DNA of 64,000 nt from Polyangiaceae bacterium (lineage in GTDB: Bacteria > Myxococcota_A > Polyangia > Polyangiales > Polyangiaceae): positions 8,783-72,782 of the forward strand of contig JADLEQ010000081.1 of the NCBI GenBank assembly GCA_020846005.1, in the 5' to 3' direction. The notes under the pieces were generated by a model. The model was not told the origin of the DNA. It made no database searches and was given only the letters and a program-made list of their open reading frames with translations. This document shows, piece by piece, positions 28,869 to 38,048 of the stretch (positions within the stretch are counted from its first letter, which is position 1; every line of letters starts with the position of its first letter). The position numbers and the translations under genes are program-made.

Positions 28869-29708
28869 ATGGCGGTGCAAGACGATCGCAAGCTGTTCGT
28901 GGCCGGGTTGCCCGATTCGATCACCGACGAGGTGCTGAGGAGTCTCTTCGAGGCGACCGGCGCGGTCGTCGAGAGCGTCTCCCTCCCGCGGGACAAGAGC
29001 AGCGGCCGCCTGCGTGGCTTCGCGTTCGTGACGCTCGGCGACGCGACCCAGGCGGAGGAGGCGCGCCAGTCCCTCGACGGCTCGATCCAGTCGGGCCACT
29101 CGATCTCCGTTCGCCGGTTCCAGCAGGAGCCGCCGCGCCGCGAGCCGGGCGGCGCGCCGCGCGATCGTGCCGGGCCGCGCGGAGACGATCGTGGCGGCGA
29201 TCGCACGCTCTACGTCGGGAACCTCCCGTACGACGCCGGGCCGACGGAGCTCACCGCGCTCCTGGCGGAGCTGGGCGCACCCGCTCCGGCGCGGGTGCAC
29301 CTGCCGATGACCCCCGAGGGTCGTCCGCGCGGCTTCGGCTTCGTGACGATGCCGAGCGCCGAGGCCGCGCAGGAGGCGCTCGCGCAGCTCGGCGGCGCGG
29401 CGTTGGGTGGGCGCAGGCTGATGGTGAACATCGCCCACCCACGCGGCGAGCGGCCGGCGCCGAGCGGGTTCGGCCCGCCGGCGGACGCGCCGGCGCCCTT
29501 CGACCGCGCGCCGCGCCGCGACTGGGGCCCGCCACCCGCGGGCGCGCCGCCGAGCGACGCCGCCCCGCCCCCCGAGGAAGACGACCGCGGCGGCCGCACC
29601 GGCGCTCCCGGCAAGAAGAAGAAGCGCACGAGCGAGGGCGCCCGCCGGGGCCGTGGAGCGCGCGACGACGACTGGCGCCGCCGCGGTTCGGACTGGGACG
29701 ACGACTGA
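28869..29708 (+). CDS. RNA-binding protein with two RRM domains and Arg/Gly/Asp-rich linker and tail
   Basis: RRM1: KLFVAGLPDSI (RNP-2) ... RGFAFVTL (RNP-1). RRM2: TLYVGNLPYDA (RNP-2) ... RGFGFVTM (RNP-1). The linker is PRDRAGPRGDDRGGDR and the tail is RGRGARDDDWRRRGSDWDDD. Confidence 0.85.
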   Translation: MAVQDDRKLFVAGLPDSITDEVLRSLFEATGAVVESVSLPRDKSSGRLRGFAFVTLGDATQAEEARQSLDGSIQSGHSISVRRFQQEPPRREPGGAPRDRAGPRGDDRGGDRTLYVGNLPYDAGPTELTALLAELGAPAPARVHLPMTPEGRPRGFGFVTMPSAEAAQEALAQLGGAALGGRRLMVNIAHPRGERPAPSGFGPPADAPAPFDRAPRRDWGPPPAGAPPSDAAPPPEEDDRGGRTGAPGKKKKRTSEGARRGRGARDDDWRRRGSDWDDD

Positions 29709-30962
<1,254 letters not shown>

Positions 30963-31006
30963 GGGGGCCCGCGCTCGCGCGGCGTCGCGCCGGGGGGCAC
31001 GGCTGA

Positions 31007-31879
31007 ATGTGGCTCAAGCGGTACCGGGACGTATTCCTCGTGGTGCTGCTCCTCGCGGTGCCGTTCTTCTTCCTGCGAGCGAGCGTCCGCCGGCCCGAGG
31101 AGCTCGACTCCGTGGATCGGGCGCTCCTCCGCGTCGCGGCGCCCATCCAGTACGCCTCGGGCGCGCTGGCGCGCGGGATCTCGAATCTCGTCGCCGATTA
31201 CGTCTACCTCGTCGACGTGAAGCGCAACAACGACCGGCTCGCCTACGAGAACTCCCGGCTCGCGCAGCGCGTCCGCGACCTCTCGGCGGCGGAGGCGGAG
31301 AACCGGCGGCTCCGCAAGCTCCTCGGGCTCCGAGACACCGTCCCGGACGAGCTGGTCAGCGGCGTCGTCACGACCAAGGAGACGACGGAGTGGTTCCGCG
31401 TGGCGCACATCGCGCTCGACGCGCCGACGGCGACGCTCCGGCCGCGCCTCCCCGTCGTGTCGGCGGAGGGCGTCGTCGGCACGATCCTCCGGATCTCGGG
31501 GGACTCCGTCGACGTTCAGCTCGCCGTGGACGCCGGGTTCGGCGTCGACGTCGTCGTCGAGCGGACGGGCGCGCGCGGGTTCGTGCGGGGCACGGGGGAT
31601 CGCGCGCGCTATGCCGTCCGCGTCGAGTTCATGCGGCGGGAGGACGAGGTCGCGGAGGGGGACATCCTCTTGACGAGCGGCGTCGGCTGCCGTTTCCCCA
31701 AGGGACTCCCCGTGGCCGTGGTGCGCAAGGTGGAGAAGAAGGACTTCGGGCTCTACCAGACGGTCGAGGCCGCCCCCGCCGTGGACTTCTCCCGGCTGGA
31801 GGAGGTCGTGATCGTCCTGACCGACGAGCAGAGCTGCGGGCAAGGGGGCGGGCGTCCGTCCGCCGCGCCGCGGAGGTGA
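31007..31879 (+). CDS. mreC: Rod shape-determining protein MreC
   Basis: N-terminal TM, then a coiled-coil (ENSRLAQRVRDLSAAEAENRRLRKLLGL), then the beta-rich C-terminal domain. Positioned directly after mreB. Confidence 0.85.
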   Translation: MWLKRYRDVFLVVLLLAVPFFFLRASVRRPEELDSVDRALLRVAAPIQYASGALARGISNLVADYVYLVDVKRNNDRLAYENSRLAQRVRDLSAAEAENRRLRKLLGLRDTVPDELVSGVVTTKETTEWFRVAHIALDAPTATLRPRLPVVSAEGVVGTILRISGDSVDVQLAVDAGFGVDVVVERTGARGFVRGTGDRARYAVRVEFMRREDEVAEGDILLTSGVGCRFPKGLPVAVVRKVEKKDFGLYQTVEAAPAVDFSRLEEVVIVLTDEQSCGQGGGRPSAAPRR

Positions 31880-31883
31880 AGGC

Positions 31884-32423
31884 GTGCGTACGGCCGCGCT
31901 CCTCGCTCTCGGTGTGCTCCTGGTGCTCGTGCAGGGCAACCTGTTCCGCGTGGTCGGCCCCGCGCTCGCGCCCTTCGGGCTGGACGCCGTCACCCCGAGC
32001 CTCGTGCTGCCGTTGGTGGTCTACCTCGGGGTGCACGAGCCGTCGGCGGTGCGCGGCGCCGCGATCGCGTTCGCGCTCGGTCACGGGCTCGGGCTGTTCG
32101 GCGCGGCGCCGAACTGGCTCTTCACGTTCGTCACGCTGGCGGTGTGGTCGCTCTCGCGCGTGGCGGGCGTGCGCCTCGGCGCCCAGACGGTGCTGACGCG
32201 CGTGTCGCTCGCGTTCATCTTCGCGCTGGTGGAGAGCGCCATGGTGCTCGTGCTGCTCGCGGTCTTCGGCACCGATGGGCGCCGGCCGCTCGAGCTCGCG
32301 CGCGGGGTGCTCCCGCACGCGGTGGCGACGGCCGTGTTCGCGCCGCCGATCTTCCGCCTGGTGCAGCGCCTGCACCAGAGCGGGCTGGCGGCGGCGCAGC
32401 TCCCGGCGGAGGCGGGTCGATGA
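31884..32423 (+). CDS. mreD: Rod shape-determining protein MreD
   Basis: GTG start. The 179-aa protein is very hydrophobic and polytopic. It sits between mreC and mrdA, and its stop overlaps the mrdA ATG. Confidence 0.7.
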   Translation: MRTAALLALGVLLVLVQGNLFRVVGPALAPFGLDAVTPSLVLPLVVYLGVHEPSAVRGAAIAFALGHGLGLFGAAPNWLFTFVTLAVWSLSRVAGVRLGAQTVLTRVSLAFIFALVESAMVLVLLAVFGTDGRRPLELARGVLPHAVATAVFAPPIFRLVQRLHQSGLAAAQLPAEAGR

Positions 32424-34321
32424 CCACGCTCGTCCGGCGCTCCGACGTGGGCGAGTTCCGGCGAAGGTACCGGTGGATGGTGTTGGCCGTCCTGGTGACG
32501 TTCCTGATCATCATCGGCAGGCTGGTCCAGCTCCAGGTGTTGGAGGTCGATCTCCATCGCGCGACTGCGCGGGCGAACATCGTGCGGGAGGAGGGGCTGG
32601 CGACCGCGCGCGGGGTCGTGCGCGACGCGCGCGGGAGGGTGCTCGCGACCAACCGCCCCGCCTACAACGTCTACGTCGTCCCCGCGAAGCTCGACCTGGA
32701 GAAGACGTGGCCCCGGGTCGCCCAGCTCATGGCGCTCGGGGGGGCGGAGCGCGCCGAGCTCGAGCAACGGATCGCAGACGCCGCCGCGGGCCCCAGGCGG
32801 AACCAGCAGATCCTCCTGCGCATGGACGTGGATCGCGACGCCGTCGCCGCGCTCGAGACACACGAGACGGAGCTCGCCGGGATCGATGTGGTGTCGGAGC
32901 CCGTCCGCTCGTACCCCAACGGCGAGCTCGGCGCGCACCTGGTCGGCTACATGCGCGCGATGGACGCCGAGGCGCTGGCGCGCCTCGAGGGGCGCGGATA
33001 TCGCGCGGGGGACCAGATCGGCGCGGTGGGGGTCGAGCGGCGCTGGGAGAGCTACCTCCGCGGTCAGCGCGGCTTCAGCAAGGCGATCTACAAGCGGGGC
33101 CGGCGGGTGACCTCCGCGGAGCTCGAGGCTCGCTACCTCGAGCCCCCGACGCGCGTCGACGCCATCCCGGGGCGCGACGTCTCCCTGACGGTCGACCTCG
33201 AGCTCATGCGCTCGATCGACCGTGCGATGCGCGGGCAGCTCGCCGGCGCGGTGGTCGCGGTGGACGTGCGCACCGGGCGCCTCCTCGCGGCCCTGTCGAA
33301 GCCGTCCTACGACCCGAACGTCGTCTCCGGTGGCTCGGGCCGCCGACTCGTGGGCGAGACGATGCGGCGGCTGTACGCCGACCCGCTCAAGCCGACGCTG
33401 GACAAGACCATCTCCGCGGCCTACCCGCCGGGGTCGACCTACAAGCCGTTCAGCGCGCTGGTCGGGCTCGCGGATCGTCTGATCACACCCTCCACCCGGG
33501 TGCTCTGCCGGGGCGGCTGGGAATACGGGCGTAGGTATCACCGCTGCACGGGCGTGCACGGGAACGTGAACCTCCACGAGGCGATCGTGCGCTCGTGCAA
33601 CACCTACTTCTACGCGCTCGGCGCCGCGGCCAGCATCGATCGACTCGCGCAGGTCGGGATGGACTTCGGGTTCGGCGTGAAGACCGGGATCGGCGTGAAC
33701 CCCGAGGCGTCCGGCCGCATGCCGACCCGCGCGTGGTACACGCGGCGGTACCGGGGCTTCCTGGGCGGGTACACGCTGCTCGCGGCCATCGGCCAGGGGG
33801 CGAGCACCGTGACCGTGCTCCAGCTCGCGCTGGCCTACGCCGCCCTTGCGAACGGGGGCACCCTCTACCAGCCGCAGGTCGTCCGCAGCATCGAGACGAG
33901 CGACGGGACGGTCGTGCAGGAGTTCCCGCCACGCGTGCGGCGCGTCCTCGAGCTCGATCGCTCGAGCGTGGGGCGCATCCGGGCTGGGCTCGAGGGCGTG
34001 GTGACGGAGCGGGAGGGCACAGCGCACGCGGAGCGGCTCGAGGGGGTCGACCTCGCCGGCAAGACGGGCACCGCGCAGGTGAGCCACGTCACGCCACGCG
34101 GGGTGGATCCGGACAAAGTCTGGTACTTCAACCGCGATCACGCCTGGTTCGCGGGCTACGCTCCGGCTGCGTCGCCCGAGATCGCCATCGTCGTGCTCAT
34201 CGAGCACGGCGGAGGTGGCGGCAAGAACGCCGTCCCGGTGGCGATGCGGGTGGTGCGCGACTGGCAGGCGATCCGATTCGGGCCGGTGGAGGCGGATGGC
34301 GGCCGGGAGCGCAGGCCATGA
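32420..34321 (+). CDS. mrdA: Penicillin-binding protein 2 (elongasome transpeptidase)
   Basis: Internal ATG of ORF 32144..34321 (MTTLVRRSDVGEFRRRYRWMVLAVLVTFLIIIGRLV). The motifs are STYKPF (SxxK), SCN (SxN) and KTGTA (KTG). Confidence 0.92.
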   Translation: MTTLVRRSDVGEFRRRYRWMVLAVLVTFLIIIGRLVQLQVLEVDLHRATARANIVREEGLATARGVVRDARGRVLATNRPAYNVYVVPAKLDLEKTWPRVAQLMALGGAERAELEQRIADAAAGPRRNQQILLRMDVDRDAVAALETHETELAGIDVVSEPVRSYPNGELGAHLVGYMRAMDAEALARLEGRGYRAGDQIGAVGVERRWESYLRGQRGFSKAIYKRGRRVTSAELEARYLEPPTRVDAIPGRDVSLTVDLELMRSIDRAMRGQLAGAVVAVDVRTGRLLAALSKPSYDPNVVSGGSGRRLVGETMRRLYADPLKPTLDKTISAAYPPGSTYKPFSALVGLADRLITPSTRVLCRGGWEYGRRYHRCTGVHGNVNLHEAIVRSCNTYFYALGAAASIDRLAQVGMDFGFGVKTGIGVNPEASGRMPTRAWYTRRYRGFLGGYTLLAAIGQGASTVTVLQLALAYAALANGGTLYQPQVVRSIETSDGTVVQEFPPRVRRVLELDRSSVGRIRAGLEGVVTEREGTAHAERLEGVDLAGKTGTAQVSHVTPRGVDPDKVWYFNRDHAWFAGYAPAASPEIAIVVLIEHGGGGGKNAVPVAMRVVRDWQAIRFGPVEADGGRERRP

Positions 34322-35433
34322 CGGCGGGTGATCGGATCGGGCTCCGCGGCGGGCCGAGGGTCGACATGGCGCTGCTCGCCGCGATCGTGGCGATCACGGC
34401 GCTCGGCGTGGCGAACCTCTACAGCGCGGTGAGCACGTACGTCACCACCAAGCCCGCGCTGGCCGACTCTCACATCTCGCAGATCTACTGGATCGGCGCC
34501 GGGATCGCCGTCGGCGCGGGGATCGCCGCGGTCGACTACCGAGGGCTCGAGCGGTTCGCCTACGCCTTCTGGGTGGGCGGGATCGCCAGCCTCGGCATCG
34601 TGCTCGCGTTCGCGCCCGAGGTGCGCGGCTCACGCCGGTGGATCCCGGTCGGGGGGTTCACCTTCCAGCCGAGCGAGTTCATGAAGGTCCTCGTCATCCT
34701 GGCGCTCGCGAAGTGGCTCCACGAGGACCCGAAGACGGAGCCGCGTACCGCGGTCGACCTCGTGCCCCCGCTGCTCCTCACGGCCGTGCCCGTCGCCGCC
34801 GTCATGGCCCAGCCCGACCTCGGCACCTCGCTCATCTACGCCGTGTGCGCGGCGGCCATGCTGGCGATGACGCGCATCCATCGCTGGACGGTCGCGGCCG
34901 GTGCGGCGGTGCTGGCGGTGTCGCTGCCGGCGGCGTGGACCTGGCTTCTCCGGGACTACCAGCGGGATCGGATCACCAGCTTCCTCGATCCCGAGCGCTT
35001 CAAGAAGGGCGAGGGGTGGCACGCCTGGCAGTCTCGGACAGCCATCGGCAACGGGGGCCTCACCGGCGAGGGCTTCCTGCAGGGGACGCAGAACCAGTTC
35101 GGCTACCTGCCGGACCAGTTCAGCGACTTCCCGTTCGCGGTGTTCGCCGAGGAGTGGGGCCTCGTCGGCTCGGTCGTGTTGCTGGGGCTCTACGCCTTCG
35201 TGTGCATCTGGTCGATCCACGTGGCGTCGCAGGCCAAGGATCGCTTCGGCGCCGCCGTGTCCATCGGCGTCGGGGCGATGGTGTTCGCCCACGTGGTCTT
35301 CAACGTTGGGATGGCGGTCGGGTTGCTGCCGGTCGTCGGGGTGACGCTGCCGCTGTTCTCGTACGGTGGCTCGAGCGTGCTCACCATGTTCGCCGGCTTC
35401 GGCCTATTGATGAGCGTCTCGATGCGGCGGTGA
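34318..35433 (+). CDS. rodA: SEDS-family peptidoglycan polymerase RodA
   Basis: ATGA overlap with mrdA. QPSEFMKVLVILALA, FSDFPFAVFAEEWGLVG and LPLFSYGGSSVL are SEDS signatures. Confidence 0.92.
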   Translation: MTAGDRIGLRGGPRVDMALLAAIVAITALGVANLYSAVSTYVTTKPALADSHISQIYWIGAGIAVGAGIAAVDYRGLERFAYAFWVGGIASLGIVLAFAPEVRGSRRWIPVGGFTFQPSEFMKVLVILALAKWLHEDPKTEPRTAVDLVPPLLLTAVPVAAVMAQPDLGTSLIYAVCAAAMLAMTRIHRWTVAAGAAVLAVSLPAAWTWLLRDYQRDRITSFLDPERFKKGEGWHAWQSRTAIGNGGLTGEGFLQGTQNQFGYLPDQFSDFPFAVFAEEWGLVGSVVLLGLYAFVCIWSIHVASQAKDRFGAAVSIGVGAMVFAHVVFNVGMAVGLLPVVGVTLPLFSYGGSSVLTMFAGFGLLMSVSMRR

Positions 35434-37305
35434 CGGAGTCTTGCGCACCCACACCTCCAGATGCGACGGCCCGCGGCCGAAGCGAGTCGGCCAGGTCGAG
35501 TCGAGCTGGTAGTCCTGGGGGAGGAGGCGGTCGAGGACGTGTTGGGCGAACCGCTCGGCGGGGCCGTCGATCAGCCAGATCCAGTACATCAGCCGCCAGA
35601 AGTCGCGCTCGCGCGGGTTGACGATCACGACCGCCGGCGGCGCGCGCTCCAGCGCGGCGAGATCGGCGTCGAGCAAGCGCGGCGCGTACTGATCGACGAA
35701 CACGATCGCGCCGCGGAGCGGCGGCCGGGGACGACCGATGAGCGCGGCGAGCTGCACGTCGTCCGGGACCACGAGTACGGTGCCCGCCGGGCCCGCGAGC
35801 TCTCGGGCGCGCTCGGCGGCGCGGAGCAGCTCCGTTGCGCGCGGCGCGACGCGGAGGCCGTCCCAGTCGCAGCCGGCCTCGACCCGGACGCGCGCCTCAG
35901 CGAGCCGGCCGAACCGGGTGCCGAACAGCCCGAGGCTCGCAGCGAGCGCCACCGGCGCGATCCAGCGCCCGAGCGCAGCGCGATCGAGCACCAGCGCCAG
36001 CGCGAGGAACGTCACCGGGATGATGGGATTGTTGTCGTAGAAGGGGCGGAACAGCGGGAAGGACAGGTTGTGGGTGAACGTCGTGGCGAGCGCGAGCGTC
36101 ACCAGCACGGCGAACGCCGCCGCGGTGGGCGGCGCGGCGGTGTCGGCCTCGCGGCGCGGGGGCGCGCCGGCCACTACGAGCACGAGCGCCGCGAAGAGCC
36201 CGGCGCCCGCGATCGACTTCGCCCGATCGAACCAGAACACGATCGCTCCCGACGGAGCCTCGGCGGCGGCCGCGAGCCAGGCGGCGGCCACGGCGAACGG
36301 CAGCGCGGGCGCGAGCGCGCCGAGGAGCGTCGCGAGCGGGCGCTCTTCGAGCGCGCCGGGCGGCAGGTCGAGCGCGAGCGTACCGCGGAGGCGGGCCACG
36401 CGCGCGAGCAGCCAGCCCACGAGCGGCGCGAAGACCAGGGCCGACGGTGACGCCTCGTGCACGAACCCGTATCGGAGCAGGTTCGACGCGAGCGCGCGCG
36501 TCCCGCCCTTCAGCGCGGGGCCGTCGCCGAACACGGCCTGGTGGAACGCGCTCCAGGTCGAGCCGAGGACCGTCAGCAGCCCGACGAGCAGGGCGAGGCC
36601 GACGCAGGCGCCGAGGACGAAGGGCAGGAGGGCGCGGGCCCGTCGGGCGGGCTCTCCCGGCGATCGGATCGACGCGGCCAGCCACGCGCTGCACACCGCC
36701 GCCCAGCCGAGCAGCAGGCCCGTCGCCGTGCTCTGCTTGAAGGCCAGCGTGAGCGCGGCGAGGAGCCCGGCGACGGCCCAGGCCGTACGCCTCGCGCGGG
36801 CGGTCGCGCCGAGCCAGGCGTGGACCCCCGCCGCGATCGAGCCCCAGGCGCACGCCTGCGCGGTGTGGTCGTACGCGAGCTCCTTCGGGATGAGGGTGAT
36901 CGTCGCCAGCGACGCCCCAGCCACCGCGAGGGCGGTCCGCCTCCCGGCGAACGGCGCCGCCGTGAAGTACGCCGCGACGGCCATCGCGGCGTGACACACC
37001 GAGGCGAGGACGAGCTCCTGGAGGAGCCGCGCGGTGCCCGTGAGCCGCTGCACGGCGGCCAGGATCGCGAAGCTCCCCGGCGGTATCGGGAGGACGAAGT
37101 CCACGTAGATGCGCTCACCCGCCGCGATGCGCCGGGCGATCGGCCCCGTCCACCCCGTGAACTCGGCGTCCGCGAGCTGATAGTTGGTCAGCCGGGGGAC
37201 GGCGACGAGCGCGAACGCCACGTACGCGCCGGCGAGCAGCGCGCCGCCGATCAGCGCGGCGCGGCCGGGCGTCCAAGCGGTCCCAGCCGGGCGCGGGGCG
37301 GACAC
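35404..37305 (-). CDS. Polytopic membrane protein, GT-C (ArnT/PMT-like) glycosyltransferase-like
   Basis: 633 aa with about 12 or more TM segments. The first periplasmic loop has an acidic motif and IPPGSF (like the PMT_2 hPPL motif). The C-terminal domain is soluble. Its 3' end overlaps the rodA 3' end by 30 nt (convergent). Confidence 0.55.
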   Translation of the reverse strand: MSAPRPAGTAWTPGRAALIGGALLAGAYVAFALVAVPRLTNYQLADAEFTGWTGPIARRIAAGERIYVDFVLPIPPGSFAILAAVQRLTGTARLLQELVLASVCHAAMAVAAYFTAAPFAGRRTALAVAGASLATITLIPKELAYDHTAQACAWGSIAAGVHAWLGATARARRTAWAVAGLLAALTLAFKQSTATGLLLGWAAVCSAWLAASIRSPGEPARRARALLPFVLGACVGLALLVGLLTVLGSTWSAFHQAVFGDGPALKGGTRALASNLLRYGFVHEASPSALVFAPLVGWLLARVARLRGTLALDLPPGALEERPLATLLGALAPALPFAVAAAWLAAAAEAPSGAIVFWFDRAKSIAGAGLFAALVLVVAGAPPRREADTAAPPTAAAFAVLVTLALATTFTHNLSFPLFRPFYDNNPIIPVTFLALALVLDRAALGRWIAPVALAASLGLFGTRFGRLAEARVRVEAGCDWDGLRVAPRATELLRAAERARELAGPAGTVLVVPDDVQLAALIGRPRPPLRGAIVFVDQYAPRLLDADLAALERAPPAVVIVNPRERDFWRLMYWIWLIDGPAERFAQHVLDRLLPQDYQLDSTWPTRFGRGPSHLEVWVRKTPSPPHRDAHQ

Positions 37306-37502
37306 CCGCCCCTTCTAGTCCACGCGCGGCGCCGGGGGAGCCACCTCGACGCCTCCGGCCAGAGTCGAATTGTTCGGGATCGCTGCTCACTTTCGGCCAG
37401 GCGCCCTCGCGACCGGCCACCGCTCGCAATAATTCCTCGCGCGGGCGGCGTCTCGCGGTAGACTCCCGAGCGTCAGGGCCGCGGAGGCCCCAGGAGGTTC
37501 GC

Positions 37503-37985
37503 TTGCGCAGCATCTCTTCCCGGTTCGTCACGGTGGGCGCGTTCCTCGTCGCCGCGGTCTGGCTCGCTCCTGGTTGCGCTTCGAGCGAAGAGGAGCCGGT
37601 GTTCGGCAACAACACGGGCGGCGCGGGCGGCGGCGGTGGCGGCAGCGACGCCGGTGACGGCGGCGGCGCGGGGGGCACGAGCGGCACCGGCGGCACGGCC
37701 GCCACGGGCGGGATGAGCGGCTTCGGCGGCACGAGCGGCACCGGCGGCACGGCCGCCACGGGCGGGACGAGCGGCTTCGGCGGGACGAGCGGCACCGGCG
37801 GGACGAGCGGCACCGGCGGCACCAGCGGCACCAGCGGCACCTCCGGCACGGGTGGTTCGACGGGGACGTGCAACGCGGCCTTCTGCCCCAACACGGGCTT
37901 CGGGACACCTTGCTGCGTCACCGCGAACGGCCCGTGCGGCACGGACACGGGCGCCGGCTGCCAGGCGAACACGCAGGACTTCTGA
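37503..37985 (+). CDS. Gly/Thr/Ser-repeat lipoprotein with a small C-terminal Cys-rich module
   Basis: TTG start, preceded by AGGAGG 5 nt upstream (37492-37497). The lipobox is FLVAAVWLAPGCAS. It contains GTSGTGG-type repeats, including a 54-bp unit duplicated with 1 mismatch (37674-37781). The C-terminus is CNAAFCPNTGFGTPCCVTANGPCGTDTGAGC. Confidence 0.55.
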   Translation: MRSISSRFVTVGAFLVAAVWLAPGCASSEEEPVFGNNTGGAGGGGGGSDAGDGGGAGGTSGTGGTAATGGMSGFGGTSGTGGTAATGGTSGFGGTSGTGGTSGTGGTSGTSGTSGTGGSTGTCNAAFCPNTGFGTPCCVTANGPCGTDTGAGCQANTQDF

Positions 37986-38048
37986 AACCTCAGGCAGCGC
38001 GCGCCGAGCGAGCGCCCGGGAGGCAGGCGCCACGCGGCGGCAGCGCGC

